A stretch of DNA of 64,000 bases from Tubulanus polymorphus (taxonomy: Eukaryota > Animalia > Nemertea), in the NCBI RefSeq assembly GCF_964204645.1, contig NC_134030.1:167255-231254 (forward strand), in the 5' to 3' direction. The notes below the pieces were generated by a model. That model was given only the letters and a program-made list of their open reading frames with translations, was not told the origin of the DNA and did not search any database. The first letter of the stretch is position 1; each line of letters begins with the position of its first letter. Positions 26,201 through 39,872 of this stretch are shown here, piece after piece. The translations under genes and the position numbers were made by a program.

Positions 26201-29200
26201 AAAATATTGAAATTCGGAAAATATTCACTCAACAAACTGTAGTCATACTCAATCCTCCTGGTCAAACATCCCTCAGTAACAAACGACTTGAACATTCTGA
26301 AAATACTTGAGAAAATAGAAACACGACCGAAGCCGAGGTTAAACAAGATATAATAAAGAGAAAATATTGAAATTCGGAAAATATTCACTCAACAAACTGT
26401 AGTCATACTCAATCCTCCTTGTAAAACATCCCTCAGTAACGAACGACTTGAAAATTCTGAAAATACTTGCGAAAATAGAAATACGACCAAAGCCGATGTT
26501 AAACAAGATATAAAAAAGATAAAATATTGAAAATTCGGAAAATATTCACTCATCAAACTGTAGTCATACTCAATCCTCCTGGTCAAACATCTCTTAGTAA
26601 AAAACGACTTGAACATTCTGAAAATACTTGAGAAAATAGAAACACGACCGAAGCCGAGATTAAACAAGATATAAAAAAGAGAAAATAATAAAGAAAATAT
26701 TCACTCAACAAACTGTAGCCATACTCAGTCCTCCTTCTAAAACATCCCTCAGTAGCAAACGACTTGAACATTCTGAAAATACTTGAGAAAATAGAAACAC
26801 GACCGAAGCCGAGATTAAACAAGATATAAAAAAGAGAAAATAATAAAGAAAATATTCACTCAACAAACTGTAGCCATACTCAGTCCTCCTTGTAAAACAT
26901 CCCTTAGTATCAAACGACTTGAAGATTCTGAAAATACTTAAGAAAATAGAAACACGACCGAAGCCGAGGTTAAACAAGTTTTAAAAAAGAGAAAATATTG
27001 AAAATTCGGAAAATATTCACTCAACAAACTGTAGCCATACACAATCCTCCTGGTCAAACATCCCTCAGTAACAAACAAGAACATCCTGAAAATACTTGAG
27101 AAAATAGAAACACGACCGAAGCCGAGGTTAAACAAGTTTTAAAAAAGAGAAAATATTGAAATTCGGAAAATATTCACTCAACAAACTGTAGTCATACTCA
27201 TTCCTCCTTGTAAAACATCCCTCAGTAGCAAACGACTTGAACATTCTGAAACTACTTGAGAAAATAAAAATACGACCGAAGCCGATGTTAAACAAGATAT
27301 GAAAAAGATAAAATATTGAAAATTCGGAAAATATTCACTCAACAAACGAAATTCATACTCAATCCTCCTTGTCAAACATCTCTTAGTAAAAAACGACTTG
27401 AACATTCTGAAAATACTTGAGAAAATAGAAACACGACCGAAGCCGAGATTAAACAAGATATAAAAAAGAGAAAATAATAAAGAAAATATTCACTCAACAA
27501 ACTGTAGCCATACTCAGTCCTCCTTGTAAAACATCCCTTAGTATCAAACGACTTGAAGATTCTGAAAATACTTAAGAAAATAGAAACACGACCGAAGCCG
27601 AGGTTAAACAAGTTTTAAAAAAGAGAAAATATTGAAAATTCGGAAAATATTCACTCAACAAACTGTAGCCATACACAATCCTCCTGGTCAAACATCCCTC
27701 AGTAACAAACAAGAACATCCTGAAAATACTTGAGAAAATAGAAACACGACCGAAGCCGAGGTTAAACAAGTTTTAAAAAAGAGAAAATATTGAAATTCGG
27801 AAAATATTCACTCAACAAACTGTAGTCATACTCATTCCTCCTTGTAAAACATCCCTCAGTAGCAAACGACTTGAACATTCTGAAACTACTTGAGAAAATA
27901 AAAATACGACCGAAGCCGATGTTAAACAAGATATGAAAAAGATAAAATATTGAAAATTCGGAAAATATTCACTCAACAAACGAAATTCATACTCAATCCT
28001 CCTTGTCAAACATCCCTCAGTAACAAACGACTTGAACATTCTGAAACTACTTGAGAAAATAGAAACACGACCGAAGCCGAGGTTAAACAAGATATAAAAA
28101 AGAGAAAATATTGAAAATTCGGAAAATATTCACTCAACAAACTGTAGTCATACTCAATCCTCAATAATAAATACTCAATAATAAAGAGAAAATATTGAAA
28201 ATTCGGAAAATATTCACTCAACAAACTGAAGTCATACTCAATCCTCCTTGGAAAACATCCCTCAGTAACAAACGACTTGAACATTCTGAAAATACTTAAG
28301 AAAATAGAAACACGACCGAAGCCGAGATTAAACAAGATATAATAAAGAGAAAGTATTGAAAATTCGGAAAATATTCACTCAACAAACTGAAGTCATACTC
28401 AATCCTCCTTGTCAAACATCCCTCAGTAACAAACAACTTGAACATTCTGAAAATACTTGAGAAAATAGAAAAACGACCGAAGCCGAGGTTAAACATGATA
28501 TAATAAAGAGAAAATATGGAAAATTCGGAAAACATTCACTCAACAAACTGTAGTCATACTCAATCCTCGTGGTCAAACATCCCTCAGTAACAAACGACTT
28601 GAACATTCTGAAAATACTTGAGAAAATAGAAACACGACCGAAGCCGAGGTTAAACAAGATATAAAAAAAGAGAAAATATTGAAAATTCGGAAAATATTCA
28701 CCCAACAAACTGTAGCCATACTCAATCCTCCTTGTCAAACATCCCTCAGTAACAAATGACTTGAAGATTATGAAAATACTTGAGAAAATAGAAACACGAC
28801 CGAAGCTGAGGTTAAACAAGTTATAAAAAGGAGAAAATATTGAAAATTCGGAAAATATTCACTCAACAAACTGTAGCCATACTCAATCCTTCTTGTAAAA
28901 CATCCCTCTCAGTAGCAAACGACTTGAACATTCGGAAAATACTTGAGAAAATAGAAATACGACCGAAGCCGAGGTTAAACAAGATATAAAAAGAGAAAAT
29001 ATTGAAAATTCGGAAAATATTCACTCAACAAACTGAAGTCATACTCAATCCTCCTTGTCAAACATCCCTCAGTAACAAACAAGAACATCCTGAAAATACT
29101 TGAGAAAATAGAAACACGACCGAAGCCGAGATTAAACAAGATATAATAAAGATAAAATATTGAAAATTCGGAAAATATTCACTCAACAAACTGTAGCCAT

Positions 29201-30149
29201 ACACAATCCTCCTGGTCAAACATCCCTCAGTAACAAACAAGAACATCCTGAAAATACTTGAGAAAATAGAAACACGACCGAAGCCGAGGTTAAACAAGAT
29301 ATAATAAAGATAAAATATTGAAAATTCGGAAAATATTCACTCAACAAACTGTAGCCATACTCAATCCTCTTGGTCAAACATCCCTCAGTAACAAACGACT
29401 TGAACATTCTGAAAATACTTGATAAAATAGAAACACGACCGAAGCCGAGATTAAACAAGATATAATAAAGAGAAAATATTGATAATTCGAAAAATATTCA
29501 CTCAACAAACTGTAGCCATACTCAATCCTCCTGGTCAAACATCCCTTAGTAACAAACGACTTGAACATTCTGAAAATACTTGAGAAAATAGAAACACGAC
29601 CGAAGCCGAGGTTAAACAAGATATAATAAAGAGAAAATATTGAAAATTCGGAAAATATTCACCCAACAAACTGTAGTCATACTCAATCCTCCTTGTCAAA
29701 CATCCCTCAGTAACAAACGACTTGAACATTCTGAAAATACTTGAGAAAATAGAAATACGACCGAAGCCGAGGTTAAACAAGATATAATAAAGAGAAAATA
29801 TTGAAAATTCGGAAAATATTCACCCAACAAACTGTAGTCATACTCAATCCTCCTTGTCAAACATCCCTCAGTAACAAACGACTTGAACATTCTGAAAATA
29901 CTTGAGAAAATAGAAACACGACCGAAGCCGAGGTTAAACAAGATATAATAAAGATAAAATATTGAAAATTCGGAAAATATTCACTCAACAAACTGAAGTC
30001 ATACTCAATCCTCCTGGTCAAACATCCCTCAGTAACAAACGACTTGAACATTCTGAAAATACTTGTGAAAATAGAAATACGACCGAAGCCGAGGTTAAAC
30101 AAGATATAATAAAGTGAAAATATTGAAAATTCGGAAAATATTCACACAA

Positions 30150-30905
30150 AAAAATGCGGCCATCTTAAAGGGTCACATGTGATACGTTTTTACATCACTG
30201 TTCCTGCTCTCAAATATCCATGAAATGGTGATTGATTGCTAAACTCAATATAAAATTGCCTGGCAATGTAATTGATCCTTCAATTCTTAAATGATGAGCA
30301 TTAATTATTACACGTCACTGATTAAAAACCTTGGTTTGGCAGTTTGTAGTTAGTGCTGTTTATGTAACATGTAGATATATAATTAGCGAGGCGGAGAAGA
30401 ATGTGCTTTAGCAGAGTCTAGTTAATAAAGAAGGAAGATTAGTGAAGAACCTTAAACCATACTGGTCAAACGGGAGGTTTTTTATCTGTAACACGTATTT
30501 GGTAATTGGCTTTTGGAAAATGATGGTTCTGTCCATCGTAAGTGATGTAATAAACCATCTTGAGAGTTAAGTAACCGATCAACATTTCCTGATCATGGAG
30601 CGTGAGGCCAAAATGAGAGTATGAAAATTTGTCAAAAAGGTGTCATCAACTTAATGGCTATGGATTATGTACGTGAGAAGTTTGCGTCTCTTCTTAGCTA
30701 AAAAGTAATTATTCTTCTATGGTCCTTAACTAATAAAATATGCAAACAATCAGGCCTGTGTTGATCCACGATAGAGGCCTAGAGTCAAATTTAGACAGGC
30801 AAAGTAGGATATAATAGAGATACGACCTTGAAAATCGCTTTCACGTGTGGTTCCTAGGTTTTTTCGATATTTGTGCCACTTTTGGTTGAAAACCTTGACC
30901 CTCCC
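30150..30905. repeat. Spacer module, copy 2
   Basis: Near-identical to copy 1, plus a 17-bp segment shared with copy 3. Confidence 0.9.
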
Positions 30906-33900
30906 GAAAATACTTGAGAAAATCAAAACACGTCCGAAGCCGATATTTAAACGGATAAATGTAAATGTTGAAAATTCGGAAAATATTCACCCAACAAACT
31001 GTAGTCATACTTAATCCTCCTTGGAAAACATCCCTCAGTAACAAACGACTCTAACATTCTAAAAATACTTGAGAAAATAGAAACACGACCGAAGCCGAGG
31101 TTAAACAAGATATAATAAAGAGAAAATATTGATAATTCGGAAAATATTCACTCAACAAACTGACGTCATACTCAATCCTCCTTGTCAAACATCCCTCAGT
31201 AACAAACGACTTGAACATTCTGAAAATACTTGAGAAAATAGAAACACGACCGATGCCGAGGTAAAACAAGATATTAAAAAGAGAAAATATTGAAAATTCT
31301 GAAAATATTCACTCAACAAACTGTAGTCATACTCAATCCTCCTTGTCAAACATCCCTCAGTAACAAACGACTTGAACATTCTGAAAATACTTGAGAAAAT
31401 AGAAATACGACCGAAGCCGAGGTTAAACAAGATATAAAAAAGAGAAAATAATAAAGAAAATTCGGAAAATATCCACTCAACAAACTGAAGTCATACTCAA
31501 TCCTCCCGGTCAAACATCCCTCAGTAACAAACGACTTGAAAATTCTGAAAATACTTGAGAAAATAGAAACACGACCGAAGCCGAGGTTAAACAAGATATA
31601 ATAAAGAAAAGATATTGAAAATTTGGAAAGTATTCACTCAACAAACTGAAGTCATTCTCAATCCTCCTTATCAAACATCCCTCAGTAACAAACGACTTGA
31701 ACATTCTGAAAATACTTGAGAAAATAGAAATACGACCGAAGCCGAGGTTTAACAAGATATAAAAAAGAGAAAATATTGAAAATTCGGAAAATATTCACTC
31801 AACAAAATGAAGCCATACTCAATCCTCCTTGTAAAACATCCCTCAGTAACAAACGACTTGAACATTCTGAAACTACTCGAGAAAATAGAAACACGACCGA
31901 TGCCGAGGTAAAACAAGATATTAAAAAGAGAAAATATTGAAAATTCTGAAAATATTCACTCAACAAACTGTAGTCATACTCAATCCTCCTTGTCAAACAT
32001 CCCTCAGTAACAAACGACTTGAACATTCTGAAAATACTTGAGAAAATAGAAATACGACCGAAGCCGAGGTTAAACAAGATATAAAAAAGAGAAAATAATA
32101 AAGAAAATTCGGAAAATATCCACTCAACAAACTGAAGTCATACTCAATCCTCCCGGTCAAACATCCCTCAGTAACAAACGACTTGAAAATTCTGAAAATA
32201 CTTGAGAAAATAGAAACACGACCGAAGCCGAGGTTAAACAAGATATAATAAAGAAAAGATATTGAAAATTCTGAAAGTATTCACTCAACAAACTGAAGTC
32301 ATTCTCAATCCTCCTTATCAAACATCCCTCAGTAACAAACGACTTGAACATTCTGAAAATACTTGAGAAAATAGAAATACGACCGAAGCCGAGGTTAAAC
32401 AAGATATAAAAAAGATAAAATATTGAAAATTCGGAAAATATTCACTCAACAAACTGTAGCCATACACAATCCTCCTTGTCAAACATCCCTCAGTAACAAG
32501 CGACTTGAACATTCTGAAAATACTTGAGAAAATAGAAATACGACCGAAGCCGATGCTAAACAAGATATAAAAAAGATAAAATATTGAAAATTCGGAAAAT
32601 ATTCACTCAACAAACTGACGTCGTTCTCAATCCTCCTGGTCAAACATCCCTAAGTAACAAACGACTTGAACATTCTGAAAATACTTGAGAAAATAGAAAC
32701 ACGACCGAAGCCGAGGTTAAACAAGATATAATAAAGATAAAATATTGAAAATTCGGAAAATATTCACTCAACAAACTGACGTCATACTCAATCCTCCTGG
32801 TCAAACATCCCTTAGTATCAAACGACTTGAACATTCTGAAAATACTTGAGAAAATAGAAATACGACCGAAGCCGATGTTAAAAAAGATATAAAAAAGAGA
32901 AAATATTGAAAATTCGGAAAATATTCACCCAACAAACTGAAGTCATACTCAATCCTCCTTGTCAAACATCCCTCAGTAACAAACGACTTGAACATTCTGA
33001 AAATACTTGAGAAAATAGAAACACGACCGAAGCCGAGGTTAAACAAGATATAATAAAGAGAAAATAATAAAGAAAATTCGGAAAATATCCACTCAACAAA
33101 CTGAAGTCATACTCAATCCTCCCGGTCAAACATCCACCAGTAACAAATGACTTGAACATTCTGAAAATGCTTGAGAAAATAGAAACACGACCGAAGCCGA
33201 GGTTAAACAAGATATAAAAAGGAGAAAATATTGAAAATTCGGAAAATATTCACTCAACAAACTGAAGTCATACTCAATCCTCCTTGTCAAACATCCCTCA
33301 GTAACAAACGACTTGAAGATTCTGAAAATACTTGAGAAAATAGAAATACGACCGAAGCCGATGCTAAAAATGATATAAAAAAAGTTAAAATAATGAAAAC
33401 TCGGAAAATATTCACTCAACTAACTGAAGTCATACTCAATCCACCTGGTCAAACATCCCTCACTAACAAACGACTTGAACATTCTGAAAATACTTGAGAA
33501 AATAGAAATACGACCGAAGCCGATGTTAAAAAAGATATAAAAAAGAGAAAATATTGAAAATTCGGAAAATATTCACCCAACAAACTGAAGTCATACTCAA
33601 TCCTCCTTGTCAAACATCCCTCAGTAACAAACGACTTGAACATTCTGAAAATACTTGAGAAAATAGAAATACGACCGAAGCCGAGGCTTAACAAGATATA
33701 AAAAAGATAAAATATTGAAAATTCGGAAAATATTCACTCAACAAACTGTAGCCATACTCAATCCTCCTTGTAAAACATCCCTCAGTAGCAAACGACTTGA
33801 ACATTCTGAAAATACTTGAGAAAATAGAAACACGACCGAAGCCGAGGTTAAACAATATATAATAAAGATAAAATATTGAAAATTCGGAAAATATTCACTC

Positions 33901-35085
33901 AACAAACTGAAGTCATACTCAATCCTCCTTATCAAACATCCCTCAGTAACAAACGACTTGAACATTCTGAAATTACTTGAGAAAATAGAAACACGACCGA
34001 AGCCGAGGTTAAACAAGATATAAAAAAGATAAAATATTGAAAATTCGGAAAATATTCACCCAACAAACTGAAGTCATACTCAATCCTCCTGGTCAAACAT
34101 CCCTCAGTTACAAACGACTTGAACATTCTGAAAATACTTGAGAAAATAGAAATACGACCGAAGCCGATGTTAAACAAGATATAAAAAAGAGAAAATATTG
34201 AAAATTCGGAAAATATTCACCCAACAAACTGAAGTCATACTCAATCCTCCTGGTCAAACATCCCTCAGTTACAAACGACTTGAACATTCTGAAAATACTT
34301 GAGAAAATAGAAATACGACCGAAGCCGATGTTAAAAAAGATATAAAAAAGAGAAAATATTGAAACTTCGGAAAATATTCACCCAACAAACTGAAGTCATA
34401 CTCAATCCTCCTGGTCAAACATCCCTCAGTTACAAACGACTTGAACATTCTGAAAATACTTGAGAAAATAGAAACACGACCGAAGCCGAGGTTAAACAAG
34501 ATATAAAAAAGAGAAAATAATAAAGAAAATTCGGAAAATATCCACTCAACAAACTGAAGTCATACTCAATCCTCCCGGTCAAACATCCCCAACAAACTGA
34601 AGTCATACTCAATCCTCCCGGTCAAACATCCACCAGTAACAAATGACTTGAACATTCTGAAAATGCTTGAGAAAATAGAAATACGACCGAAGCCGAGGTT
34701 AAACAAGATATAATAAAGAGAAAATATTGAAAATTCGGAAAATATTCACTCAACAAACTGTCGTCATACTCAATCCTCCTTGTCAAACATCCCTCAGTAA
34801 CAAACGACTTGAACATTCTGAAAATACTTGAGAAAATAGAAATACGACCGAAGCCGAGGTTAAACAAGATATAATAAAGAGAAAATATTGAAAATTCGGA
34901 AAATATTCACTCAACAAACTGAAGTCATACTCAATCCTCCTTGTCAAACATCCCTCAGTAACAAACGATTTGAATATTCTGAAAATACTTGAGAAAATAG
35001 AAATACGACCGAAGCCGAGGTTAAACAAGATATAATAAGGAGAAAATATTGAAAATTCGGAAAATATTCACCGAACAAACTGAAG

Positions 35086-35830
35086 CCATCATAAAGGGTC
35101 ACGTGTGATACGTTTTTACATCACTGTTCCTGCTCTCAAGTATCCATGAAATGGTGATTGATTGCTAAACTCAATATAATTAAATTGCCTGGCAATGTAA
35201 TTGATCCTTCAATTCGTAAGTGATAAACATTGATTATTACACGTCACTGATTAAAAACCTTGGTTTGGCAGTTTGTAGTAAGTGCTGTTTCTGTAACATA
35301 TAGATATATAATTAGCGAGGCGGAGAAGAATGTGCTTTAGCAGAGTCTAGTTAATAAAGAAGGAAGATTAGTGAAGAACCTTAAAGCATACTGGTCAAAC
35401 GGGAGGTTTTTATCTGTAACACGTATTTGGTAATAAGCTTATGAAAAATGATGGTTCTGTCCATCGTAAGTGATGTAATAAACCATCTTGAGAGTTAAGT
35501 AACCGATCAACATTTCCTGATCATGGAGCGTGAGGCCAAAATGAGAGTATGAAAATTTGTCAAGGTGTCATCAACTTAATGACTATGGATTATGTACGTG
35601 AGAAGTTTGCGTCTCATCTTAGCTACAAAGTAATTATTCTTCTATGGTCCTTAACTAATAAAATATGCAAACAATCAGGCCTGTGTTGATCCACGATAGA
35701 GGCCTAGAGTCAAATTTAGACAGGCAAAGTAGGATATAATAGAGATACGACCTTGAAAATCGCTTTCACGTGTGATTCCTTGGTTCTTTCGGTATTTGTG
35801 CCACTTTTGGTTGAAAACCTCGACAATCCC
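35086..35830. repeat. Spacer module, copy 3
   Basis: Near-identical to copies 1 and 2. Confidence 0.9.
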
Positions 35831-36449
35831 GAAAATACTTGAGAAAATCAAAACACGTCCGAAGCCGATGTTTAATCGGATAAAACGATTTACTCAACAA
35901 ACTGAAGTCATAATCAATCCTCCCGGTCAAACATCCCTCAGTAACAAACGACTTGAACATTCTGAAAATACTTGAGAAAATAGAAACACGACCGAAGCCG
36001 AGGTTAAAAAAGTTATAAAAAGGAGAAAATATTGAAAATTCGGAAAATATTCACTCAACAAACTGTAGTCATACTCAATCCTCCTTGTCAAACATCCCTC
36101 AGTAACAAACGACTTGAACATTCTAAAAATACTTGAGAAAATAGAAACACGACCGAAGCCGAGGTTAAACAAGATATAATAAAGAGAAAATATTGAAAAT
36201 TCGGAAAATATTCACTCAACAAACTGAAGTCATACTCAATCTTCCTTGTCAAACATCTCTCAGTAACAAACGACTTCTGAAAATACTTGAAAAAATAGAA
36301 ACACGACCGAAGCCGAGGTTAAACAAGATATAAAAAAGAGAAAATATTGAAAATTCGGAAAATATTCACTCAACAAACTGAAGTCATACTCAATCCTCCT
36401 TGTCAAACATCCCTCAGTAACAAACGACTTGAACATTGAATAAATATAT

Positions 36450-37290
36450 ATATATATACAAAAAGTCATAAAGATTTGTCTTCATGAATTTTTGGATACA
36501 CATGATATGTATGCAACTTTTAAAATGTAGACATCGATATATTATTGTTAAATTATAAGTTATTCACTCACACATATTATAAAAATTCCATTAGTCTTTA
36601 TGCGTTTTTGATATCATGATAAGATTTAAGATAAATTAATATATATGAAGTAAGTACAAGTAAAAATATTAATAATAAAATAACAATCATTAATTTACTC
36701 ATACTTAATATATAACTATTTAAATAACAAAATATTACTTATCTACTGATTAACTAACCTTTAACATTTATTAACTTATTTAATTCATTTTATTCACACA
36801 TATTATCAAAAATTCATAAAGATTAATTCTTTATGAATTTTTGATATCACGTATAAGTGAATAACTTGTGTATTTATGATTGATTAATATATATGAAGTA
36901 CAGGTGATAATAGTAATAATAATATGATAATCATTTCATTAATTTACTCATACTTAATACATCATTATTTAAATTAAAAGATATAATTAATCTGCTGATT
37001 AACTAACCTTTTACATTCAGTAAGTTATTTAATTCATTTTATTCACTTATACATGATATCAAAAATTCATAAAGTCTTTATGAATTTTTGATATCATTTA
37101 TAAATGAATAAATTATGTATTTAAGATAAATTAATATATGTGAAGTACTAGTAAAATAATAATAACATAATTATCATTAATTTACTCAATTAATTTACTA
37201 TATATATTACTATTTAAATTACAATATATAACTAATCTACTGATTAACTAACCTTTAACATCAATTATTAATGCTGAAGGTTAATAATCA
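36450..37290. repeat. Very AT-rich ~240-bp degenerate tandem repeat containing a long palindrome
   Basis: Recurring ctgattaactaacctt and aaaaattcataaag...ctttatgaatttttgatatc segments. Confidence 0.75.
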
Positions 37291-38163
37291 ATCTTATTTA
37301 ATTCATGTTTACAATTGCGTCTTTTAAAATTGTATATGTTTAGTATACTTGATTACATTCCTACATCTTTTTACATTACTGATTCCATCAAATAGATATT
37401 TCAAATCTTTTAAAATTCAATACATCTAATTTTTCATGTAAAATAGAATCAAAATAACTGTTTCAATGAAAAAAATGAAAAAGAGAATAATCCTGTTAGT
37501 AACTTGATTATTATGGATCAATATCTTCATTCATTTCCGTTTAGATAAAGTGAAAATTATGATTAGATTGAATTGAACTAAATTAAATGATATAATTTCT
37601 TAATAATTCAACATTTTTGAAATATAGATAACAAAGAGAATAGAAATATTGTTATTAAACCTCATACAATTCACCAATTACAATATCTGCTAATAAATGA
37701 TAATACCTTAGTGGGTAACAGTTACTTATAGAGAAAACGAAGTATAGATTGTTGTTCAGTCCTCTCCAGTCAAACTTAGAACTTAGACTCGACGAATGGA
37801 AATAGAGTATTTTAGATAAGCACATCACTGAAATAGTGTTATAGTACATATACGACCTTGAAAGTTGCTTCACGTGTGGTGGATCCTGTCTTTTTTGGCG
37901 ATTTTTTTTCGACTTTTGGTAGAGCTTCTTTTTATGTCTTCACTCTCGGTCCGAAATGTCGCGCACGCCTCTCTCCACCGCCACAGGCGTCGCGTATATT
38001 AAAGTGAAGTGTTATAGTGCGCGCTCACACGTAACGACCAATCAACCGACACCGATATGAACGGCGCGCGCAACGCCTATACATATCTTTACACGTGACG
38101 CATTCTGTGAAATAAAATCAAAGCTTTCGTATTCAACATGACATTTCTACAGTCTCTGTGAAA

Positions 38164-38617
38164 CTGACCCCCGCACTTAATTCATTACTGACCCCCACAC
38201 TTAATTCATTACTGACCCCCACACTTAATTCATTACTGACCCCCACACTTAATTCATTACTGACCCCCACACTTAATTCATTACTGACCCCCACACTTAA
38301 TTCATTACTGACCCCCACACTTAATTCATTACTGACCCCCACACTTAATTCATTACTGACCCCCACACTTAATTCATTACTGACCCCCACACTTAATTCA
38401 TTACTGACCCCCACACTTAATTCATTACTGACCCCCACACTTAATTCATTACTGACCCCCACACTTAATTCATTACTGACCCCCACACTTAATTCATTAC
38501 TGACCCCCACACTTAATTCATTACTGACCCCCACACTTAATTCATTACTGACCCCCACACTTAATTCATTACTGACCCCCACACTTAATTCATTACTGAC
38601 CCCCACACTTAATTCAT
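38164..38617. repeat. Near-perfect 24-bp minisatellite (ctgacccccacacttaattcatta) x ~19
   Basis: Directly visible. Confidence 0.97.
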
Positions 38618-38874
38618 TTATTTCCCTTCGTCAAAAGACTAAATGCTAATGTTCTGCAGGTTTTTCTTTCAATCGAGGAAATAGAAAGTTTTTCCAATTG
38701 TGTTTTATAGTAAAACTCTCTAAGTTAAACAAGTTAAATGTGAATTCTACTGAAAATATCATTATTTTATACAAAACCATGTTCTCTTTTAAATATTTAT
38801 TTAGTAGAACTGCGCCGATCATTGTGTATGGGGCGCTTAGTTGTGAGATTTAATGAAAAATATTCACATTGTTC

Positions 38875-39580
38875 TGAATCAGTCATCAGTAATTACCAGG
38901 CTCAAACCCGCGGCATCCCTGTACATCCTATATTCAGCATCAGGACCACTCTGAATCTATATCAGTAATTACTGTGTTCGAACCCGGGACACCCCTGTAC
39001 ATCCTCTATTCAGCATCAGGTCCACTCTCGTATCAGCAATTGCTTTTTAAGATATCAGAATTTGACCGTATGGTGCTGCCACTATGCTCGTCGTTAGCGG
39101 GATTTTCATACACTAACGTAAATCAACTCTGGCAAGCAAGGGTTACGGAGACTTTGCATCGATTGCCAGAGTTGACTTCAGTTAGTGTATGGAAATCCCG
39201 CTAACGATGAGCGTAGCGGCAGCACCGTACGGTCGGGACACCCCTGTACATCCTCTATTCAGCATCAGGACCATTCTGAATCAGTAACAGTAATTACTGG
39301 GTTCGAACCCGGGATACCCCTGTACATCCTCTATTCAGCATCAGGACCACTCTGAATCAGTAACAGTAATTACTGGGTTCGAACCCTGGACACCCCTGTA
39401 CATCCTCTATTCAGCATCAGGACCACTCTGAATCAGTGTAATTACTGGGATCGAACCCGGGACACCCCTGTACATCCTCTATTCAGCATCAGGACCACTC
39501 TGAATCAGTAACAGTAATTACTGGGTTCGAACCCGGGATACCCCTGTACATCCTCTATTCAGCATCAGGCCACTCTGAAT
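38875..39580 (-). repeat. ~70-bp tandem repeat with tRNA-like A/B boxes
   Basis: The minus-strand unit reads tgattcagagtgg...cccgggttcgaacccag; about 7 copies. Confidence 0.8.
39064..39234. mobile_element. Palindromic MITE-like element with ~72-bp arms
   Basis: gaccgtatggtgctgcc...ctctggcaa pairs with ttgccagag...ggcagcaccgtacggtc; it interrupts the 70-bp array. Confidence 0.75.
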
Positions 39581-39872
39581 GCCGGTGAACATAGCGTAAA
39601 ATGACGATAATTTGATGCACCCTTGAAATAATATTTCATGATCAACAATTTTCAAAGTGTTTAAAAGAATTTATTCTGAAACATTTCACAAAATTCTTTA
39701 GTTTCACGGTAGGTTGAGACTATCTCGGTAGAATTATTGTGGAATTTATTTTTTGTGCTCATCTTACAATGGATATTTGTGTATCGTCCCGAGGAGTCAG
39801 ACTAACATCATCTTAATACAGTTAACAACTTTAAACCAGTGTAATGATTTATTGGAGATTAAACTGATGTTG

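Larger units (their letters stand above)
15480..36436. repeat. 161-bp satellite array, roughly 115 monomers in four sub-arrays
   Basis: Monomer gtcaaacatccctcagtaacaaacgacttgaacattctgaaaatacttgagaaaatagaaacacgaccgaagccgaggttaaacaag...; 161-bp spacing is also visible in the ORF-track coordinates. Confidence 0.98.

Noticed and set aside
15487-36469. Dozens of similar minus-strand ORFs (MFNLGFGRVSIFSS...) resembling a multigene family
   Set aside because: They are translations of the 161-bp satellite. The period is not a multiple of 3, most starts are non-ATG, and there is no splice or codon structure.
38133-38649. VGVSNELS / TPTLNSLL repeat ORFs on both strands
   Set aside because: Perfect 24-bp repeat with no synonymous variation and no flanking gene structure.
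2447-39580. CRISPR-like appearance of the regular repeats
   Set aside because: Head-to-tail tandem units without unique spacers, no cas genes, eukaryotic context.
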